Origin: an uncultured delta proteobacterium
GTDB lineage: Bacteria > Desulfobacterota > Desulfobacteria > Desulfobacterales > Desulfatirhabdiaceae
NCBI GenBank assembly: GCA_963789395.1
Contig: CAWBKP010000022.1
Span: forward strand, 1-64,000
Direction of reading: 5' to 3'
Length of the DNA: 64,000 bases
In this document: positions 57,988 to 64,000 of the stretch, piece after piece
How the letters are laid out: each line of letters opens with the position of its first letter
Numbering within the stretch: position 1 is the stretch's first letter
The notes under the pieces: generated by a model
Databases searched by the model: none
What the model was told of the DNA's origin: nothing
What the model saw: only the letters and a program-made list of their open reading frames with translations
Position numbers and translations under genes: made by a program

Positions 57988-58438
57988 TATGGTATTTCTA
58001 TCTGCTCACTTGACTTCACTTGGAATAGGGATTGCGATTGCGCTTGCCATCCTCGTTCTGGTTCGAAAAAACCATTTGATGGTCAGCCATGCCGTCTGGT
58101 GGTTGATGGTTGCGGTTGCAAGCATCACGTTCGGCGCCTATCCGTGGTTGATCGACCGGATCGGGGCGGTGTTGGGGATTCATTATCCGCCGATCTTGCT
58201 GATTGTTATCGGGCTGGGTCTCATCCTGATTAAAATGTTAACCATGGATTTGAAACGCTCCGAGCAGGAACGAAATATTCGCGCACTGACCCAGCGGCTG
58301 GCCATTCTGGAAAGTGAAATGTATCCGCATGTCGAGTCCCATCAAAATTCTGTTGTGAATTCAGGCTCTCCGGTAAACCCTTTGGAATCTTCGATCAAAG
58401 AGCGGATAGAATCGACAAATGCCGACCGGAATGAATGA
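57980..58438 (+). CDS. DUF2304-family small membrane protein (GacJ-like)
   Basis: LVRKNHL...AVWW, LGIHYPP and a coiled tail IRALTQRLAILE. Confidence 0.8.
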   Translation: MDNMVFLSAHLTSLGIGIAIALAILVLVRKNHLMVSHAVWWLMVAVASITFGAYPWLIDRIGAVLGIHYPPILLIVIGLGLILIKMLTMDLKRSEQERNIRALTQRLAILESEMYPHVESHQNSVVNSGSPVNPLESSIKERIESTNADRNE

Positions 58439-58642
58439 AAATTTTGCTTCCAGGCCGATTGTTGTCAGACACAATGATTTTTGAGAATACGTCACAAGAT
58501 GGTCATTTTATAATTTCCAGGATTTTATAAGATGGTTTACGGCAATCTTGAATTGGACTATTTATAGAAAACCAGTTCATTTTCGAATGATCCATATCTG
58601 ATCAGGGGCCATTGATTTATGTAACCGACCAAGCGGAGCTAT

Positions 58643-60034
58643 ATGCATATGAAAACGCAATTCACTAAAAACATCCTGTGCATCGGCGCCGGCTATGTGG
58701 GCGGACCGACCATGGCGATGATTGCCCATAAATGTCCCCAGTATCGGGTGACCATTGTGGATATCAATCCCGATCGGATTGCCCAGTGGAATTCGGATCA
58801 TTTGCCGATTTACGAGCCGGGCCTGGATGAAATTGTCCAAGCTGCCCGCGGCCGGAATCTGTTCTTCAGTACGGATATTGAAAAGGGAATCCGGGAATCG
58901 GACATTATTTTTGTCAGCGTCAACACGCCGACCAAAACTTTCGGGGTCGGGGCCGGCATGGCAGCCGATCTTCAGTACTGGGAAAAAACCGCCCGGCAGA
59001 TTCTGGAATCCGCCACTTCCGACAAGATCGTTGTGGAAAAGAGCACCCTTCCGGTCCGAACCGCCCAGGCCATGGAGCGGATTCTGTTATCAACTCACAA
59101 CGGCGTTCGCTTTGAAGTCCTTATCAAATCCGGAGTTTCTGGCGGAAGGAACGGCCATCCAGGATCTGGAGCAACCGGACCGGGTGCTGATCGGCTCCAG
59201 GCAAACCGAAAGCGGTCTAAAGGCCAGAAACACGCTGGCGGAAATCTACGCCAATTGGGTTCCCCGGGAGCGGATTCTGACCACGGATATCTGGAGCAGC
59301 GAGCTGTCCAAGCTGGTTGCCAATGCATTTCTGGCCCAGCGGATATCCTCTATCAACGCCATTGCCGCGCTTTGTGAGAAAACCGAGGCCGATGTGTCCC
59401 AGGTGGCCAGAGCCGTTGGCATGGACTCCAGGATCGGTCCGAAATTTCTGAATGCCAGCGTGGGATTCGGCGGGTCCTGTTTTAAAAAAGACATTTTGAA
59501 TCTGGTTTACATCTGCCAGTATTATGGATTGAATGAAGTGGCCAGATACTGGCAGAGCGTCATTGAAATCAATGAATACCAGAAAACGCATTTTGTCATG
59601 ACCATGCTGAACGCCATGTTCAACACGCTTTCGGGCAAACGCATCTGCATCTGTTCGGTTTTGCATTCAAGGCCGATACCGGCGATACGCGGGAGAGCCC
59701 GGCGATTCATATCGCCAAGCGCCTGATCGAGGAGCAGGCCGAACTGGTGATCACCGATCCCAAAGCCCTGGTCAATGCCAAAGCCGATCTTAAAGGGGTT
59801 GAAGGAAAGGTTCAGTTCGTCGAAGATCCCTATGAAGCAGCAGCCGGAAGCCATGCCATTGCCATCCTGACGGAATGGCGCCAGTTCCGGGAACTGGATT
59901 ATGAAAGAATCTATCGATCCATGGCAAAACCGGCCTTTATTTTTGACGGCAGAAATATCGTGGATCACCAGAAACTTATCAAGTTGGGATTTAACGTGTA
60001 TCCCATTGGAAAGCCGGCGCTGACGCACCTGTAA
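58643..60034 (+). CDS. ugd: UDP-glucose 6-dehydrogenase, frameshifts near 59121 and 59650
   Basis: IGAGYVGGPT, PIYEPGL, SVNTPTK, EKSTLPV, NPEFLAEG, SSELSKL.ANAFLAQRISS, GFGGSCFKKD, FK.DTGDTRESP and FDGRN. Confidence 0.92.
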
Positions 60035-60190
60035 TAAACAGACCATGGACAATGGGCAATAGGCGATAGATATAGAAACATGCCCCCCATAGCCTTACGC
60101 AACAAATTATTTTATCCAATAATTTGTTGCTGTAATTGGGACAGCTGCGGCTGAGTGACCGATAGTATCTACCGCTCAGGAGAATGACAC

Positions 60191-61143
60191 TTGAACCTGC
60201 ATCAAGCCAAACGTATTCTGGTTACCGGCGGGGCCGGTTTTTTAGGCTCTCACCTTTGTGATCGTCTGGTTGAGGACGGCCACGATGTCCTGTGCCTGGA
60301 TAATTTTTATACAGGCACCCGGATCAATATTGCCCACCTTTTGGGAAAATCCAATTTTGAGCTGATTCGCCATGATTTGACCCAGCCTATTTTTCTTGAA
60401 GTGGATGAAATTTACAATCTGGCCTGTCCGGCATCTCCGGTTCATTACCAGTACAATCCGGTGAAAACCGTCAAAACCTGCATCATGGGCGCCATTCACA
60501 TGCTGGGTCTGGCCAAGCGGGTAAAAGCCAAAATCCTTCAGGCCTCAACCAGCGAGGTGTACGGCGATCCTGCCGTGCATCCGCAGTCCGAGGCCTACTG
60601 GGGAAATGTCAACCCCATCGGCCTGCGTTCCTGTTATGATGAAGGAAAACGCTGCGCCGAAACCCTGTTTTTTGATTATTACCGGCAGAACGGGTCAATA
60701 TCCGGGTGGTCCGAATTTTTAACACCTATGGTCCGCGAATGCACCCCAATGACGGCAGGGTTGTGAGCAATTTTATTGTTCAGGCGCTTCTGCAGCAGGA
60801 CATCACGGTGTTCGGAGATGGGTCCCAAACCCGAAGTTTTTGTTACGTGGATGATCTGATTTCAGGGATGGTACGAATGATGCATGCACCGAATGATTTT
60901 ATCGGACCGGTAAATTTGGGCAATCCCGGTGAATTCACCATTCTGGAGCTGGCTGAAAAAATCATTCATTTGACAGGGTCGCGCTCCAGAATCATATTTC
61001 AGCCCCTTCCTCAGGATGACCCGCTTCAGCGCAAACCCGATATTTCGCTGGCTGCGGAAAAACTGGAGTGGGTTCCGGCGGTGAATCTGGAAGAAGGTCT
61101 GAAGCGGACCATCGCCTATTTCAAAACAATGCTTCAATCCTGA
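60191..61143 (+). CDS. uxs: UDP-glucuronate decarboxylase (UDP-xylose synthase), frameshift near 60690
   Basis: [52 protein letters not shown] and QTRSFCYV. Confidence 0.92.
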
Positions 61144-61168
61144 AGCAATAAATGATTCGGAGGGAATA

Positions 61169-61594
61169 ATGAACAACAATCGACGCCGGAAACAGGACGG
61201 CTTTACCTTGATCGAACTTCTGGTGGTGATTATTATTCTGGGGCTTTTTTCCGCCCTGGTGGCGCCGAAATTTTTCGGAAAAGTGGACAAGGCCAAGCTG
61301 AAAACCGCCAAAACCCAGATTGAACTCTTTGGATCGGCTCTGGATGAGTTTCGCCTGGACAATGGCCGTTATCCCACAACCGCGGAAGGCCTTGAAGCAT
61401 TAAGAACCAAACCCGGCGCACTGGCCAACTGGGATGGTCCCTATCTGCCCAAACAGATTCCCATGGATCCCTGGGGGCGGCCTTATGTGTACACGAGTCC
61501 CGGGGAACACGGTCCTTATGATCTGATCAGCTATGGCGCGGACGGCGCAGCGGGCGGTGACAATAACGATAAAGACATCGTAAGCTGGGAATAG
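61169..61594 (+). CDS. gspG: Type II secretion major pseudopilin
   Basis: G|FTLIELLVV prepilin site, YP.T.EGL.AL, WDGPYL, DPWG.PY.Y and SYGADG. Confidence 0.95.
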   Translation: MNNNRRRKQDGFTLIELLVVIIILGLFSALVAPKFFGKVDKAKLKTAKTQIELFGSALDEFRLDNGRYPTTAEGLEALRTKPGALANWDGPYLPKQIPMDPWGRPYVYTSPGEHGPYDLISYGADGAAGGDNNDKDIVSWE

Positions 61595-63229
61595 TGTTGA
61601 ATATTTCCTTTGATAATTTCAAGCAGGCGCTCGTCAAACGGTTCCGAAGGCTTCCTTCCGGAACCGGATATCCCTGAGTTCGTTTGTGCGTGAACCGCCG
61701 GTGTCTGCGGATTTTCCGGAACTTGCAGAAAGCGGTTTTCCGGAAAATCCGCCGGCGATAAATCCCTTTAAATCCCATTACATGAAGCGCTTCCGGTTTA
61801 TTCCCCTGGATGATGCCAATGGCCAGGTGCTGGTGGCAATGGCGGATCCGCTGGATTTTATCACCCGCGAGGTCATCGAAAGGGCTTACGACAAGCCGTT
61901 GAATATCCGCCGGTCTTCGGAAGAGACGATTTCCCAGTTCGTCTATCGCTGGTACGAAGCGGAAGTGGATATGACATCGGGTGAACGCACCGATGACCTG
62001 GACATGAGCCTGGAGGACCAGCTCTGGGACAGTCCGGAACATTTGAAGGACATGGCCTCGGAGGCGCCGGTCATTCGCCTGGTGAACCATCTGATCGCAA
62101 AAGCCCTTGAAGTCGGGGCCTCCGATATTCATATCGAGCCTCGAAAGCTGCATGTGCAGGTCCGGTATCGGGTTGACGGGGTATTGATCGATCAGAATGC
62201 CATTGCCATCAAACTCAAGGCCGCCATCAATTCCCGGGTCAAACTCATGGCCAAAATGGATATTGCGGAAATGCGGCTGCCTCAGGATGGCCGAATCAAG
62301 TTCAAGGCAGGTCGCGAAGAGATCGATATCCGGGTGTCCTCGCTTCCGACCCATTTTGGCGAAAGCCTGGTGCTCAGGCTGCTTCACAAGGAAAATGTCG
62401 AGCTGGATATGGATACCCTGGGATTTCCGGCAGTCGATTCGGGATAAATTCAGATCCACGATATCCCTGCCGTACGGCATGATCCTGGTTACGGGGCCGA
62501 CAGGTTCCGGCAAGACGACAACGCTCTATTCAGCCCTGAATACCATCAACTCGCCGGATAAAAAAATCGTGACGGTCGAAGATCCGGTGGAATATCAGAT
62601 GGACGGTGTCAATCAGGTTCAGGTGCAGCCCAATATCGGCCTGACTTTTGCCCACAGCCTGAGAACTTTTCTGCGCCAGGACCCGGATGTCATGCTGATC
62701 GGCGAAATCCGGGATCTGGAAACGGCTGAAATTGCGATTCAGGCAGCCCTTACCGGCCATGTGGTGTTTTCCACGCTTCATACCAACGATGCTGCTGGCG
62801 CCATCACCCGGCTGGAAGATATGGGCGTTGAACGCTTTCTGATCGCATCTTCCGTGGTGGCTGTTCTGGCCCAGCGGCTGGTTCGAAGGGTCTGTCCGCA
62901 GTGCAAGAAAACATTTCAGCTTGCCGATGAAGAACGGTTGCTGCTGGCACGCGAACTGGATCTGCTTCCGGATGAAATTCGCCTCAACCTATGCCCGGGG
63001 AATGGGCTGCAAGGAATGCGCCGGCTCCGGATACCGGGGACGGCTGGGGATTTATGAGTTTTTACCGGTGGATGAAGCCATTCAGCGGGAAATCGTCCGG
63101 GGATCGGATCGAAATGATATTTTCCGGGCTGCGATGCAGAATGGCATGATTTCCCTGAGAATGGACGGCATGGATAAAGTCAGAAACGGCATCACCACAT
63201 ATGAGGAAGTGTTGAGGGTAACCCGCTGA
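61594..63229 (+). CDS. gspE: Type II secretion ATPase, several frameshifts (start approximate)
   Basis: [55 protein letters not shown], CxxC...CxxC and GYRGR. Confidence 0.9.
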
Positions 63230-64000
63230 TGCCGCGTTTTTCCTATGAAGCCATGAATGCCGACGGCGAACGGATCATCGACAGCAGCGAAGCGGCAACC
63301 CGACGATGATCTGATCCTGTCCCTTCAGGCAAAAGGGCTGATGCTGGTCAGATGGATCGATGCCGGACCGCCCGGAAATCCCTGCTGAAGCGATCCGGCC
63401 GCAGTCTAAACAGCAAGGAACTGCTGATGATTACCCGCGAGATGGCGCATCTGATGAAATCCGGGCCTTCCGATGGACCGGTCCCTGACCATCATTATCC
63501 AGACCAGCGAGGCCAAAGCGCTTCTGGCCATGGCCCAGTATCTGAAGGAATCCCTTCAGGGGGGTAAAAGCCTTTCCGATGCCATGGCTGCCAAAACCGA
63601 AGATTTCAGCGATCTGTATATCAATATGGTCCGGGTCGGCGAAATGGGCGGCATTCTGCCTCAGGTGATGGAAAAACTGGCCGGCTTTATGGAGCGAACC
63701 GAAGAAATCAAGAAATTCATTATTTCCAGTTCCATTTATCCGGCGATTCTGATGATGATCGGTATGGTTTCCGTTGGCGTCATCATGGGGGTCGTGGTTC
63801 CCCGTTTTGCGGCGATATTTACGGATCTGGGGCAGAAAATTCCGGCCAGCACGCAACTGCTGATTCAGGCAAGTCAGTTTTTGCGCTCCTGGTGGTGGGT
63901 GATGATTCTGGTAGCGGGGGTGATTGCTTTAGGATTATGGCGATTTTCAGTCACGCCCTCCGGCAAGGATCGCCTGGACCGGATATGGATCAAACTGCCG
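63229..64000 (+). CDS. gspF: Type II secretion inner-membrane platform protein (partial, frameshifted, runs off the window)
   Basis: MPRFSYEA start coupled to gspE (TGATG); later GKSLSDAM, LYINMVRVGEMGG.L, IYPA, VVPRF and P.ST.LL. Confidence 0.88.

Noticed and set aside
2803..62513. Long antisense ORFs (2803-3723, 5186-6274, 17959-18957, 23710-24849, 38010-38807, 55919-56827, 61527-62513)
   Set aside because: Each lies largely or wholly opposite a well-supported gene and has no recognisable motifs; typical codon-bias shadows.
1..64000. CRISPR arrays, tRNA/rRNA, IS elements, prophage or defence genes
   Set aside because: I found no spaced repeats, cloverleaf or rRNA signatures, transposase, integrase or nuclease motifs by inspection.

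Overview
Chromosomal window from a sulfate-reducing deltaproteobacterium (Desulfobacterota; the gene set looks Desulfobacterales-like, which is my inference). The left 25 kb is core genome. It holds ppiD, kdsD-pfkA, waaA, an LpoA-like lipoprotein, an NdvB-like GH17-GT2 glucan synthase, rplM-rpsI, a TPR gene coupled to an unknown gene upstream of the reductive dsrAB-dsrD-dsrN operon, glnS, and a small twin-CxxC gene-citrate synthase-PerR/Fur operon. The ORF track misses a 75-aa glutaredoxin-like gene between glnS and a LOG-family gene (19725-19952, minus). It has two in-frame UGA codons (U-P-Y-T and C-terminal U-R-V-stop), each followed by a SECIS-like hairpin, so it is very likely a double-selenocysteine protein. 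From 25.6 to 61.1 kb is one large plus-strand surface-glycan locus. It contains wzm/wzt, gmd, a sulfotransferase-like protein in the WbdD position, a three-domain WbdA-like polymerase, four polyprenol-phosphate GT2 enzymes, three GT-C-like membrane proteins, a pyruvyltransferase, a Cys-less AsnB-like amide ligase, two sulfotransferases, a radical SAM/SPASM enzyme, wzx, ugd and uxs. It runs straight into T2SS gspG-gspE-gspF. Roughly twenty or more small indels break genes, mostly after about 45 kb, and are most likely long-read consensus errors. I saw no tRNA, rRNA, CRISPR array or transposase.
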